Shown in pieces: positions 1 through 7,649 of a DNA stretch of 39,185 nt. This stretch comes from a virus, in the UHGV virus genome UHGV-1491546; one strand, 5' to 3'. The position numbers and the translations under genes were made by a program. Under the pieces are notes generated by a model, which saw only the letters and a program-made list of their open reading frames with translations, did no database searches and was not told where the DNA came from. Every line of letters starts with the position of its first letter. Position 1 is the stretch's first letter.

Positions 1-345
1 ATCACTATTACTTACAGGTTCGGCCTGAAGCATGGCGGCGCGATAGGCGTTCCAGCCGACAGCTTTTCCGTGTTCAAACGCACTGTCAAAGTCATCATCA
101 ATTTCTATCGCATCAGGAACCACCGCTGGCTGCGGTAACTGTGGCGCTGCGTAGAGTGGCATCGGCTCGCTATATTCTGCCAGCTTAGGGTCATCTGCAT
201 GCAGTAGATAGCCCTTGTATGTCATGTATGCCACCGGCTCCTGCTCCATGCTGGCGAGTAACTGTAGAGCGAGTTCACGTTCAAGGTCATCATAACTGCC
301 GCGATATGCGATATCTATAAGGTCTTCTATGGTGAATTTGGTCAT
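1..345 (-). CDS. hypothetical early-left protein, 3-prime end beyond window start
   Basis: Reverse frame aligned to position 1 is open for all 115 codons; ATG at 343-345 (MTKFTIEDLIDIAYRG...) sits 3 nt after the stop of the upstream minus-strand gene. Confidence 0.45.
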   Translation of the reverse strand, partial: MTKFTIEDLIDIAYRGSYDDLERELALQLLASMEQEPVAYMTYKGYLLHADDPKLAEYSEPMPLYAAPQLPQPAVVPDAIEIDDDFDSAFEHGKAVGWNAYRAAMLQAEPVSNSD

Positions 346-348
346 GGG

Positions 349-888
349 TTAGCCCTTCCCGATAACTGCGTTAATTTGATTAAGAACGATATCTGTCATC
401 ACGCCTTTCCCGTTTGCGGCAACGTGGGACAGAATTTCTCTGCGTGCGGCTTTGAGAGTTCCGACACTCACCATGACCATTTGCCTATTCTCGTTGTTTG
501 CCGCCTGCAAGCGCTCTAAAGGAGATTTGTCAGTCACCTCACCCACCCCCTTCACGCCAATGCCAGCTGCTGGCATATCGCACATGTTAGTTGGATGAGG
601 GTTCTCGCGAATAATCCGCGCCATTCGAGCTGCAGGGGTTTCTGTTTCTTCATTGAACTCGCGAATTACAGCAGCCAACTTGTCAGCGTCATCAGGCGAG
701 ATATCGCCATCAATAAACATCACTGGCTTACACTTATTCGCCTCCAGTTCTGCTATGCGCTTCTCTGCGGCTTCCAGCTCATCCAGCAGCGCCAGAACGG
801 TTTGTGAATGTATATCCATGTTGAACACGCCATGCTCTTGAGCTTTCTCAGCTGTTTGGCGCAGCGCCTGTTTGTTGAGTGCTGTCAT
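349..888 (-). CDS. hypothetical protein with coiled-coil N-terminus (Ea22-like style)
   Basis: 179-aa ORF; ATG 886-888 preceded by AAGGAG; shares the motif VLALLDE..ELEA with the gene at 1094-1780. Confidence 0.6.
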   Translation of the reverse strand: MTALNKQALRQTAEKAQEHGVFNMDIHSQTVLALLDELEAAEKRIAELEANKCKPVMFIDGDISPDDADKLAAVIREFNEETETPAARMARIIRENPHPTNMCDMPAAGIGVKGVGEVTDKSPLERLQAANNENRQMVMVSVGTLKAARREILSHVAANGKGVMTDIVLNQINAVIGKG

Positions 889-1097
889 TGGGATGCTCCT
901 TGGCTCTCGACTGCGCCATCTAGCAGAAACACACAGTCATTTTTGTGTTCGGCACATGACCAGAAAACCTCATCATCGCCACGAAAAATATCTACCTGCA
1001 CCGTGGTTTTATATTTAGCCACTGCGCCACAGCGGCATTTCGCGGAAGTGTTTTTCTTCTTGGATAAGACACCTTCAACTCTCGGATATTTGCTCAT
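885..1097 (-). CDS. small Cys-rich hypothetical protein (possible zinc ribbon)
   Basis: 70-aa ORF; ATG 1095-1097 preceded by AAGGAG; ATGA overlap with the downstream gene; several Cys and His residues. Confidence 0.55.
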   Translation of the reverse strand: MSKYPRVEGVLSKKKNTSAKCRCGAVAKYKTTVQVDIFRGDDEVFWSCAEHKNDCVFLLDGAVESQGASQ

Positions 1098-1780
1098 AGC
1101 GAGGCTCCTTTGCGAATTTGCTCCCTGAACAAGCGGGCTGAGACGATGATGTCTCTGATGCGTACTGATTTTTCGTCGAACTGCTCACCACTGTTTTTAA
1201 TATGCGCATCCAGTTCTGCACTGTGATGCCGAATGAAAGCGTTGAGGTCATGCGCCCGCACTTCAGCCAGGAAGGCGTCTGTCGCCGGGGTTTCAGGAAT
1301 AGTGTCTGGAATAACTTCTGAGTAAATGCGATCCATTGCTTCGCGCCATCCATATTCACAGGCGTTATAACCGTCAGTCTGAAGACCGTTATCCTCAACA
1401 CCACAGCCCATTCCGATGCTTTGATAATCAGGCTCGTTACTGCGGTCAATCACTGCTGATAGAGTGTCTTTCAGCCCCGTATTCTCCGCAGCCAGCGCCG
1501 AAAACTTCTCGTGTGCCAACTTAACAGCTGCATCAGCCTGCTTAATTGACTCAGTCGCTTTCTGGTGGTCTTCGGCCAGCCCTGCTAAATCAGCCTCCAG
1601 TTCGGCTAGGCGTTCATTTAATGCATCTCGTTCATCCAGTAGAGCCAGCACAACCTGAGGTGTTACTTTCATACGAAATGCCAGCAATTTTTGAGGTGTT
1701 GCTACTGTTTCAATTGCTACTGCTGCCTCACGCAGTACCTGATAGTCAATCTTGCTCACTGGTTGCCTCCTTTGCGCCAC
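1094..1780 (-). CDS. hypothetical early-left protein
   Basis: 228-aa ORF; GTG start without a clear SD so the start is uncertain; contains the coiled-coil motif shared with 349-888. Confidence 0.5.
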   Translation of the reverse strand: MAQRRQPVSKIDYQVLREAAVAIETVATPQKLLAFRMKVTPQVVLALLDERDALNERLAELEADLAGLAEDHQKATESIKQADAAVKLAHEKFSALAAENTGLKDTLSAVIDRSNEPDYQSIGMGCGVEDNGLQTDGYNACEYGWREAMDRIYSEVIPDTIPETPATDAFLAEVRAHDLNAFIRHHSAELDAHIKNSGEQFDEKSVRIRDIIVSARLFREQIRKGASL

Positions 1781-1923
1781 ATCGCATTCAGATATTTGTT
1801 GTCATTAACAGAACCGAAACTCTTTCTCTTAAGCAATTCCTCTCTCGATGGCATTGGCTTTACGCGTTGGCGAATAATAATTTCTGCCGGAAGAATGCCG
1901 GGATTGTATGCAAGTCCTCTCAT
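1756..1923 (-). CDS. small hypothetical protein (55 aa)
   Basis: ATG at 1921-1923 preceded by GAGGAA at 8 nt; lies inside the longer alternative-start ORF 1756-2073; overlaps the start of 1094-1780 by 25 nt. Confidence 0.3.
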   Translation of the reverse strand: MRGLAYNPGILPAEIIIRQRVKPMPSREELLKRKSFGSVNDNKYLNAMWRKGGNQ

Positions 1924-1933
1924 GGTAAATTCC

Positions 1934-2227
1934 TCAGTCATTACTGATAGCGCCATAGCGTGAGCGGTAATTACGCAGGCGCGGGTCAATTTCAGGGAAG
2001 TGGGTATATGTGGCTTTGCGGAATGGTCGGATTGATGTCTGGTAAATTCGCTCGCGTTCTTCTTTCTCTGCAAGCCATATACAGTGGCGAAATTCCTTTT
2101 CCTCTTTTGTTTCCTGCGGTAGCGACATTATCAGGTCGTAGTTTTTTCTGAATTTATCCAGCACCTCCGATACGGAATTGCCGGAACAGCGGCGCGGGTC
2201 ATCCGCACCATACAGAGGCGCTGGCAT
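1934..2227 (-). CDS. hypothetical early-left protein
   Basis: 97-aa ORF; ATG 2225-2227 preceded by AGGA at 7 nt. Confidence 0.5.
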   Translation of the reverse strand: MPAPLYGADDPRRCSGNSVSEVLDKFRKNYDLIMSLPQETKEEKEFRHCIWLAEKEERERIYQTSIRPFRKATYTHFPEIDPRLRNYRSRYGAISND

Positions 2228-2250
2228 AATGGAATCCTTATTTTGCTAAT

Positions 2251-2634
2251 TTAGAAGGGAATTGAATCGTCGTATTCAGGATGATTTTGATGATTGCTAC
2301 TTTGTTGCTGTTGGCTGTTTCCTGAAGTTGCAAATCCAATCTTTGCATTCAGTAATTCAAGAGTGATTGATTGACCATTTTGCCCCTGATAAACATCAAC
2401 CCTGATGTTTTCTCCGGTAATTTCTACAATGCCTCCTTCAACCAGAACGCTACGATAGTAATCCGCTTGCGCTCCCGGCTTGGCAAATACAACGGCGCTG
2501 TAGTTTGTCCATTCTTTCTTTTTTGTCTGGCGATCGTAATACTGAACGCCAGCACGGATGTTGAATCCGATATTTTCCCCGGCCTGAAACTCTCTTGCAG
2601 GCTTGTTTAGTCTTACAGTAATCGAATGTGCCAT
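2251..2634 (-). CDS. single-stranded DNA-binding protein-like (short SSB)
   Basis: Ends in EYDDSIPF, resembling the acidic SSB C-terminal tail DDDIPF; ATG 2632-2634 overlaps the erf stop (TAATG); track ORF 2251-2724 is an upstream extension. Confidence 0.55.
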   Translation of the reverse strand: MAHSITVRLNKPAREFQAGENIGFNIRAGVQYYDRQTKKKEWTNYSAVVFAKPGAQADYYRSVLVEGGIVEITGENIRVDVYQGQNGQSITLELLNAKIGFATSGNSQQQQSSNHQNHPEYDDSIPF

Positions 2635-3239
2635 TAAGCAGCCGCTCCTTCTAATTCGTCTCGTCTGATGTTGTAAACGTCCTGCGCTTTGTGCTGCTCC
2701 GGTGTGCCTTCGAGCATCTTCCACGCTTTGGCGAACGCCTGTTTAAGCTCTTCCACGGTGTTTTTCTGCATTGCTGCGTCAGTGAATGCTTTTAGAACCT
2801 GTTCAGGTGTAGGTGATGGTTTTGATTGCTTTGCTGCTGCGTTCTGCTGATGTTTATGCTCGTCTGTATCTGCATCTTTCGCATCATCAATGCCGAACAA
2901 ACCATTGAGGCAATACTTGCGTGCATAAGAGCTTGTAGCTCCAGTAACTTGTGCAGAATCCATTCCTTTCTTGCTTTCTTCCTCTCGTGCAAGAGCGGTT
3001 GCCGTATGACTGTTTTCGCCATCGGTAATAGTTGCCGTGGCTTTCACGTAATACCGATCACCAATCAACACAACTTCATCGCTGATTGATAAAAACAGGC
3101 CATTCAGTAACGGCTTAACGCCTTCAAGAATGTCTTCGCAGCTTCTGTATTTATATTTGCCGAATGAGTTGTACTGATTCTTTGGCGCGTTCAGATTCTC
3201 CTGAATAGCTGCCAGTCTTGCGTAAAATTCTTTGCTCAT
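2634..3239 (-). CDS. erf: Erf-family single-strand annealing protein
   Basis: From ATG 3237-3239 the protein begins MSKEFYARLAAIQENLNAPKNQYNSFGKYKYRSCEDILEG, matching recalled P22 Erf; track ORF extends to a TTG at 3269. Confidence 0.85.
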   Translation of the reverse strand: MSKEFYARLAAIQENLNAPKNQYNSFGKYKYRSCEDILEGVKPLLNGLFLSISDEVVLIGDRYYVKATATITDGENSHTATALAREEESKKGMDSAQVTGATSSYARKYCLNGLFGIDDAKDADTDEHKHQQNAAAKQSKPSPTPEQVLKAFTDAAMQKNTVEELKQAFAKAWKMLEGTPEQHKAQDVYNIRRDELEGAAA

Positions 3240-3328
3240 ATGTTTGTTCTCAGAATGGACATGGCCCAAGGAAATAACGCTGATTTAATACTTCAGTCTT
3301 TGCCGCATTTAAAAATACGCGAACACCT

Positions 3329-3499
3329 TCACGATCTCCCTTCTGGCGATACATTAACGCCTGCTGCGTGTACATGCGTCTCTGTAACTTGCTCTCCTTC
3401 ACTGTGGTTGCAAGTGACATGAATATCTCCTTCGTTACCGATTAATTCTTTCATCTGACGAATGAATTCTTCGTCTGACCAGTTATCTGTAAAGCTCAT
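3329..3499 (-). CDS. small hypothetical protein in the arf position
   Basis: ATG 3497-3499 overlaps the kil-like stop (ATGA); 56 aa; sits between kil and erf as arf does in P22 but identity is not recognised. Confidence 0.4.
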   Translation of the reverse strand: MSFTDNWSDEEFIRQMKELIGNEGDIHVTCNHSEGEQVTETHVHAAGVNVSPEGRS

Positions 3500-3648
3500 T
3501 TCCTGCGATACCACGGAAGGTTGATAGCTGATTTCATCGCTTTATTTGCTTCAAGCCACATTTTGGAATCACCAATAAATCGGGCTATTACTGCTTTGTT
3601 CTGTGCAGCACGAAGCATCTGGTGATTGATGGCTATTTCATTGCGCAT
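3496..3648 (-). CDS. kil: Kil-like small protein
   Basis: 50-aa ORF (MRNEIAINHQMLRAAQNKAVIARFIGDSKMW...) with GAGG SD; FIGD.KM motif resembles recalled lambda Kil; lies between cIII and erf. Confidence 0.45.
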   Translation of the reverse strand: MRNEIAINHQMLRAAQNKAVIARFIGDSKMWLEANKAMKSAINLPWYRRK

Positions 3649-3764
3649 AATAAGACCTCAACTCTTTTCCATCCGTCACGTAATTTACGGGTGATTCGTT
3701 CAAGTAAAGATTCATTTAGTTGGAAGGCACCCATGCGAGCGCCTCCCGCGATTGCGTAAATCAT
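3633..3764 (-). CDS. cIII: CIII-like FtsH inhibitor
   Basis: 43-aa ORF MIYAIAGGARMGAFQLNESLLERITRKLRDGWKR...; the ESLLERITRKLRDGWKR core matches recalled lambda CIII; AAGGAA SD; below the ORF-track length cutoff. Confidence 0.75.
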   Translation of the reverse strand: MIYAIAGGARMGAFQLNESLLERITRKLRDGWKRVEVLLCAMK

Positions 3765-3788
3765 GGGTGGTTCCTTATGTTGGTTTTA

Positions 3789-4757
3789 TTAGTAGGTTAT
3801 TTTTGTTGCGAATACTTCGCCTTTTACGATGGCTGTTATGATATTTTTAGCAACATCTTCTGATGCGCCAACCTTGATAAGGTCAGCAAGTATTTTGTTA
3901 TTTACTTCTTTCCGGTGAGCTTTATCCTTTGCTCTACGCTCTTCTTCTTCCTTGATTCTTTTTTCTTCTGCTATTCTGGCTTGCTCTTTTGCTTCAGCCT
4001 CGCGCCGGATTCGTTCAGCCACCTCCTGTGCTTTTCGGCGTTCTGCTTCAATTGCCGCCTGCTTTTCTCTTTCAGCTCGTTCTGCTGCCTCTTTTGCTTC
4101 GCGCTGTGCTCGTTGCTCGGCTTCAATACGTTCACGCTCTGCACGTTCCGCTGCGGCCTTAGCTTCTGCTTCTCGCCTTGCTGCTGCTTCAATTTCGGCT
4201 TTTGCCTTTGCTTCGGCTTCTGCTCTGGCTTTCTCTTCAGCTTCTCTTTTTAAGCGTTCTTCATGCTCTCGCTTTTCCCGCTCCGCTTTGAGTCTTGCCT
4301 CTTCTCTTTGGCGGTCAAATTCGCGATCCATCAAAATCGCTATTTCATGGTCAGACTCAATTTGCTTTGCGAGAGCTTCAGCTGCTGCCTTAGCTTCTTC
4401 TTCGGCTTTAATCCGCGCCTGTTCTTCCTCATAATCAGTAAGAGGCTGGCGCGCCTTGGCTTTCAGCTCATCAAGGCGATCACGCACTGTCTTGCGGTTG
4501 GCATCAATTAGCTTTGGAATTTCCTTCAGTTCAGCAACAAGGTCTTTGCCAAGACCATCGAGATATGTTTTCGTCTGCGCAACTTTATACGCCAGAGAAG
4601 CGATCTCATTTCTGCCCTTTGCCGTTGTGATATCAGGCACAAAGGACATAACTTCACGTTCAACCTTTTGGAGAATTTCTTCAATCTGGTCGGCAGACTG
4701 AAATACAGTCATTGCATTTGCTTTTTCAATAACAACTAAATCTGTTACTTCACTCAT
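3789..4757 (-). CDS. highly charged Ala/Glu/Arg/Lys-rich coiled-coil protein
   Basis: ATG 4755-4757 with strong GGAGGA SD (track ORF extends to 4811); about 170 residues of low-complexity AEAEAKAKAE/RERIEAEQR repeats. Confidence 0.6.
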   Translation of the reverse strand: MSEVTDLVVIEKANAMTVFQSADQIEEILQKVEREVMSFVPDITTAKGRNEIASLAYKVAQTKTYLDGLGKDLVAELKEIPKLIDANRKTVRDRLDELKAKARQPLTDYEEEQARIKAEEEAKAAAEALAKQIESDHEIAILMDREFDRQREEARLKAEREKREHEERLKREAEEKARAEAEAKAKAEIEAAARREAEAKAAAERAERERIEAEQRAQREAKEAAERAEREKQAAIEAERRKAQEVAERIRREAEAKEQARIAEEKRIKEEEERRAKDKAHRKEVNNKILADLIKVGASEDVAKNIITAIVKGEVFATKITY

Positions 4758-4769
4758 ATATCCTCCGTC

Positions 4770-4798
4770 AAAAAAATTGCCCTCACATTGGAGGGCAA
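4770..4798 (-). terminator. rho-independent terminator in the pL operon (tL-type)
   Basis: Minus strand reads TTGCCCTC-CAATGT-GAGGGCAA followed by seven T; immediately upstream of the SD of the 3789-4757 gene. Confidence 0.6.
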
Positions 4799-4891
4799 AG
4801 AAGATTTCCAATAATCAGAACAAGTCGGCTCCTGTTTAGTTACGAGCGACATTGCTCCGTGTATTCACTCGTTGGAATGAATACACAGTGC

Positions 4892-5080
4892 TTATTCGTC
4901 ATGCATTTCAGGTAATTCTTCGTATTCGACGCCCCATACGAGTTTACACCAAGTGACTCGCTCATATCTTTTACAAAAATCAGACCACATAACTTGTGTT
5001 CCATCATGGTTTGTTATTACTTCTGTAATATCACCAACACTAACAAAACTGGTATTAGAAGCAGTTATTTTTACTTTCAT
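4892..5080 (-). CDS. hypothetical early-left protein
   Basis: 62-aa ORF; ATG 5078-5080 overlaps the upstream stop (TAATG). Confidence 0.5.
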   Translation of the reverse strand: MKVKITASNTSFVSVGDITEVITNHDGTQVMWSDFCKRYERVTWCKLVWGVEYEELPEMHDE

Positions 5081-5367
5081 TACTTATCCCCAAGAGCTTT
5101 TCTGATTGCTGCAAGACCTTTATTAACAGCTTCATACCATTCTGGATATGTTGTCGTTGTTCTATTTTTGGATTGCTTAAGTAATAACTGAAGTGCTTCG
5201 AGAAGGTCAGGTGCTGCCGCTATCAGTAGCGCATCCTCCCTTTCATTTCTTGTTGCTGCTTCAATGTATGTGTCACCAATCGTCACACCATGGAACGTAG
5301 TCATCATCTCGTTGACGTTTCTAACCGTGTACTTCCATTTACCAGGCGTACCCTTAAACTCTTTCAT
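5080..5367 (-). CDS. hypothetical early-left protein
   Basis: ATG 5365-5367 preceded by AGGTG; track ORF begins at a GTG at 5373; 95 aa. Confidence 0.5.
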   Translation of the reverse strand: MKEFKGTPGKWKYTVRNVNEMMTTFHGVTIGDTYIEAATRNEREDALLIAAAPDLLEALQLLLKQSKNRTTTTYPEWYEAVNKGLAAIRKALGDK

Positions 5368-5375
5368 ATTCACCT

Positions 5376-5415
5376 CTGTTGTTTATGCCCAAAATAAAGG
5401 CCGACTATGCGGCCT
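5376..5415. repeat. direct repeat copy 1 (terminator-like)
   Basis: CTGTTGTTTATGCCCAAAATAAAGGCCGACTATGCGGCCT; near-identical copy at 5919-5956; contains hairpin AGGCCG-ACTATG-CGGCCT. Confidence 0.7.
5390..5415 (-). terminator. rho-independent terminator after gene 5414-5884
   Basis: Minus strand: AGGCCG-CATAGT-CGGCCT hairpin followed by TTTATTTT; the gene stop codon lies in the stem. Confidence 0.5.
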
Positions 5416-5884
5416 AGTAGAATACCCAATTTTCTGTTTCTTGGTTGTGTCCAAAGTTATATTCAATATCTGGTGTTGATGTATCAATATTCTTCATCCC
5501 ATCAACAAGAGTTGATACAACAGCCAAATCTTGTTTGATTCTCATCAAATGGTATTTCTTTCGGCGCAATAAACTTTCAATGGCAAGTTTCTTAGTCGGG
5601 AATGCAAAAGATCTTTCTGCATTTTTTGCTACTTTCTTAATTGCATATCTATTTCTCTTTTGTTTCCATTCCTGTAACCACTGATTTGGTGCTGGTTTAA
5701 AATTAACAATCCAATGCGCAGGAACCAACCATGCATAATGCTCTGTCTGATGAAAAGCTATATATTGAAGTGCGAATATTTTGATTCCATCTTCTTCAAC
5801 TGTCGCTTGGAATCTCCAGAAAACAGGCATTCCATCATGTTCAGTTTCTGATTCAGGAAAAGGTACGCTCCATGATTTTGTCAT
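5414..5884 (-). CDS. hypothetical protein bracketed by direct repeats
   Basis: 156-aa ORF; ATG 5882-5884 with GAGGTG SD; flanked on both sides by the 38-40 bp repeat. Confidence 0.6.
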   Translation of the reverse strand: MTKSWSVPFPESETEHDGMPVFWRFQATVEEDGIKIFALQYIAFHQTEHYAWLVPAHWIVNFKPAPNQWLQEWKQKRNRYAIKKVAKNAERSFAFPTKKLAIESLLRRKKYHLMRIKQDLAVVSTLVDGMKNIDTSTPDIEYNFGHNQETENWVFY

Positions 5885-5918
5885 ATCTCACCTCAAATAA
5901 TTCAGTGCAGTGTTTATT

Positions 5919-5956
5919 CTGTTGTTTATGCCAAAAGAAGGCCGACTATGCGGCCT
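5919..5956. repeat. direct repeat copy 2 (terminator-like)
   Basis: CTGTTGTTTATGCCAAAAGAAGGCCGACTATGCGGCCT; differs from copy 1 by one substitution and two deleted bases; same hairpin. Confidence 0.7.
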
Positions 5957-6569
5957 CGGAAGGAAGTCCAATCATCTTATTCAAATCTTCTACCCGTAAA
6001 GCAGGAAGTGCTGTACTTGCTTTATCTGCTTCTTTTGGTAGCAATTCTTTGCTTTCAGGCCAAACCTCAATAAGTCGCTTAACTGTTGTGACTGAGTTCA
6101 AAGCAGCCCATACATTTGATTCGATATCCTTTTTCTTGGCTTCAAGTTTTTGTTGCAATGCGCAGATTTCATCAAACCTTTTTGTTATTTCGTGTTCTGC
6201 GCTAAACATGCATTTATCTTTGTTCGGAGTAGGGAGCAATATATCTTCGCCGTTGCCGTCTTCCCCATATGAAAGCCATCCAACCCTTCTGCCAGATACA
6301 GTCAGATAAATTGAAGTAGAACGAACATCGTATGAGTAAAATGAACATCCCATCTTTCCAAGTTCTTCACTTATAGCTACCAACTTGGATGATAACTGAT
6401 CCACTTCCTCAGTTTTCTTTTTACCGCCAAACGCAATAACTCTGGCGTCAAGTGCAAGCTGGTTCTTTAACTTTGTTACTTCTTCAAGTTCAGTGAAAAC
6501 CCCAGACTTAATTAAAGCGTTACGAGCGATTTCCTCTTTCATTCTCGTAGTTAAGCGGATTGATGACAT
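5946..6569 (-). CDS. hypothetical early-left protein
   Basis: ATG 6567-6569 with GAGGA SD (track ORF extends to 6638); 207 aa; stop codon lies in the loop of repeat copy 2. Confidence 0.6.
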   Translation of the reverse strand: MSSIRLTTRMKEEIARNALIKSGVFTELEEVTKLKNQLALDARVIAFGGKKKTEEVDQLSSKLVAISEELGKMGCSFYSYDVRSTSIYLTVSGRRVGWLSYGEDGNGEDILLPTPNKDKCMFSAEHEITKRFDEICALQQKLEAKKKDIESNVWAALNSVTTVKRLIEVWPESKELLPKEADKASTALPALRVEDLNKMIGLPSEAA

Positions 6570-6634
6570 ATTAATTCCTCTCAAATAAGTGGTTTGCTGC
6601 CAAAACAATGAACCATCCGGAAATTCCAGATAGT

Positions 6635-6859
6635 TCATAATTCACTCTTCAATACTTCCAACTTACTAATCGCCGATAGATATCCGCGCTGATAGGGCAT
6701 CATCATTCCTTCGAGCTTGCCACTTCTTAACTCCTCCCTGAGCAATTGTATTGCTTGATCAATAACCTCTGCCTTAGCGTCCTTTATGGCTTGCTTGCGG
6801 GGCTTTGCTTTCTGCTTTGGCAGATTTCTCAAGCATGATGGAATGTATGTCTGATTCAT
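6635..6859 (-). CDS. small hypothetical protein immediately downstream of N
   Basis: ATG 6857-6859 with GAGG SD inside the N 3-prime end; 74 aa. Confidence 0.5.
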   Translation of the reverse strand: MNQTYIPSCLRNLPKQKAKPRKQAIKDAKAEVIDQAIQLLREELRSGKLEGMMMPYQRGYLSAISKLEVLKSEL

Positions 6860-6862
6860 CAC

Positions 6863-7135
6863 TTACCTCGCCGTCAGTTGTTTTGATTTCCGGTAGCCTG
6901 CCGCGTAAAGAGCTACGTTTGGCAGGCAAATACTTCCACTGCATTCATCTGCCTTCTTGCAGCGAAGGCTTCCGAGTGAAGCTGCTTTGTCTGCTCTGAC
7001 GCAACCAGAGAGCTTTAGCGCAATTTTTCGCGCCAGTCGCTGCTCTTGCATTGCCTGTTCACGTTGAGCCTGTCTGCGTGCTCTGCGGCGATTTCTGGCG
7101 TTATCGTCAGCCAGATATGTAATGACTACTGTCAT
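6863..7135 (-). CDS. N: N-type transcription antiterminator (P22 gene 24-like)
   Basis: From ATG 7133-7135 (GGAGG SD): MTVVITYLADDNARNRRRARRQAQ... with an N-terminal arginine-rich motif and C-terminus LPNVALYAAGYRKSKQLTAR close to recalled P22 gp24; track ORF extends to 7207. Confidence 0.8.
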   Translation of the reverse strand: MTVVITYLADDNARNRRRARRQAQREQAMQEQRLARKIALKLSGCVRADKAASLGSLRCKKADECSGSICLPNVALYAAGYRKSKQLTAR

Positions 7136-7175
7136 GTTGACCTCCGGGTAGGTGCACATCCTTGTGTGTCGATGA

Positions 7176-7295
7176 TTATTTGTTTTTGCGTTCCCACATC
7201 CAGTCATCTACTTCAGACCAGATAGTGAAACCGAAGCCGATGGCGAATGTGGTAACTAAACCACCGAGAATTGGGTTGGTCATGATGTCTAACAT
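7176..7295 (-). CDS. small hydrophobic peptide (39 aa), possible type I toxin-like membrane peptide
   Basis: ATG 7293-7295 preceded by GAGGAA; MLDIMTNPILGGLVTTFAIGFGFTIWSEVDDWMWERKNK; below the ORF-track cutoff; overlaps the track N extension in another frame. Confidence 0.4.
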   Translation of the reverse strand: MLDIMTNPILGGLVTTFAIGFGFTIWSEVDDWMWERKNK

Positions 7296-7320
7296 TTTCT
7301 GTTCCTCAGATGATTAGCTT

Positions 7321-7547
7321 TGGTGGTGTGGTGGCTGGTAGTCTAGCTCCAGCTTGTTGAGTCTCATTCGGAGGGGTATAACCGGCACCCCAGCGATTTT
7401 TCCATGCGACAACGTGCGCGTTATGGCGGCCTTATCGCCCGCGGCTCCCCATCTCGTCCACGCTATTGCTAGCGTTGGGAGCGCTTCACCGCTCAACAGT
7501 AGGTAAGCACTTGCCAGTGACTAGCTGGCTTCACCACACCCCAAAGC
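7321..7547. other. GC-rich ORF-free element bounded by imperfect inverted repeats (structured RNA leader or MITE-like insert)
   Basis: About 58 percent GC by eye against a more AT-rich background; only TTG/GTG ORFs without SD; 7321-7342 and 7520-7547 are inverted complements (GGTGTGGTG / CACCACACC). Confidence 0.4.
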
Positions 7548-7561
7548 CAACTACTCTTTGG

Positions 7562-7604
7562 TTCCCGCATTTCGGCGGGACAATCCCATCAATGTTAAAG
7601 AGCC
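7562..7604 (-). promoter_or_regulatory. nutL (boxA and boxB)
   Basis: Minus strand: boxA GGCTCTTTA (plus 7596-7604), 14 nt, then boxB GTCCCGCCGAAATGCGGGAA, 19 of 20 identical to the nutR boxB at 9258-9277. Confidence 0.7.
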
Positions 7605-7649
7605 TGCCAATCTGTTCCGTTTGGCTACCAGCGTCCTGCTGATGGCTAA

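Noticed and set aside
1756-2073. Long version (105 aa) of the small minus-strand ORF
   Set aside because: The upstream part overlaps the well-supported gene 1934-2227 in another frame; only the short form from ATG 1921-1923 has an SD.
3915-4434. Plus-strand ORFs of 112 and 160 aa with Cys/Phe/Ser- or Ala/Ser/Arg-rich low-complexity products
   Set aside because: Antisense reading of the repetitive charged-protein gene (3789-4757); low complexity derives from the sense-strand repeats.
4859-4886. Inverted repeat GTGTATTCA-N10-TGAATACAC just downstream of gene 4892-5080
   Set aside because: No U-tract follows on either strand, so it is not called as a terminator; may be an RNA processing or regulatory hairpin but evidence is insufficient.
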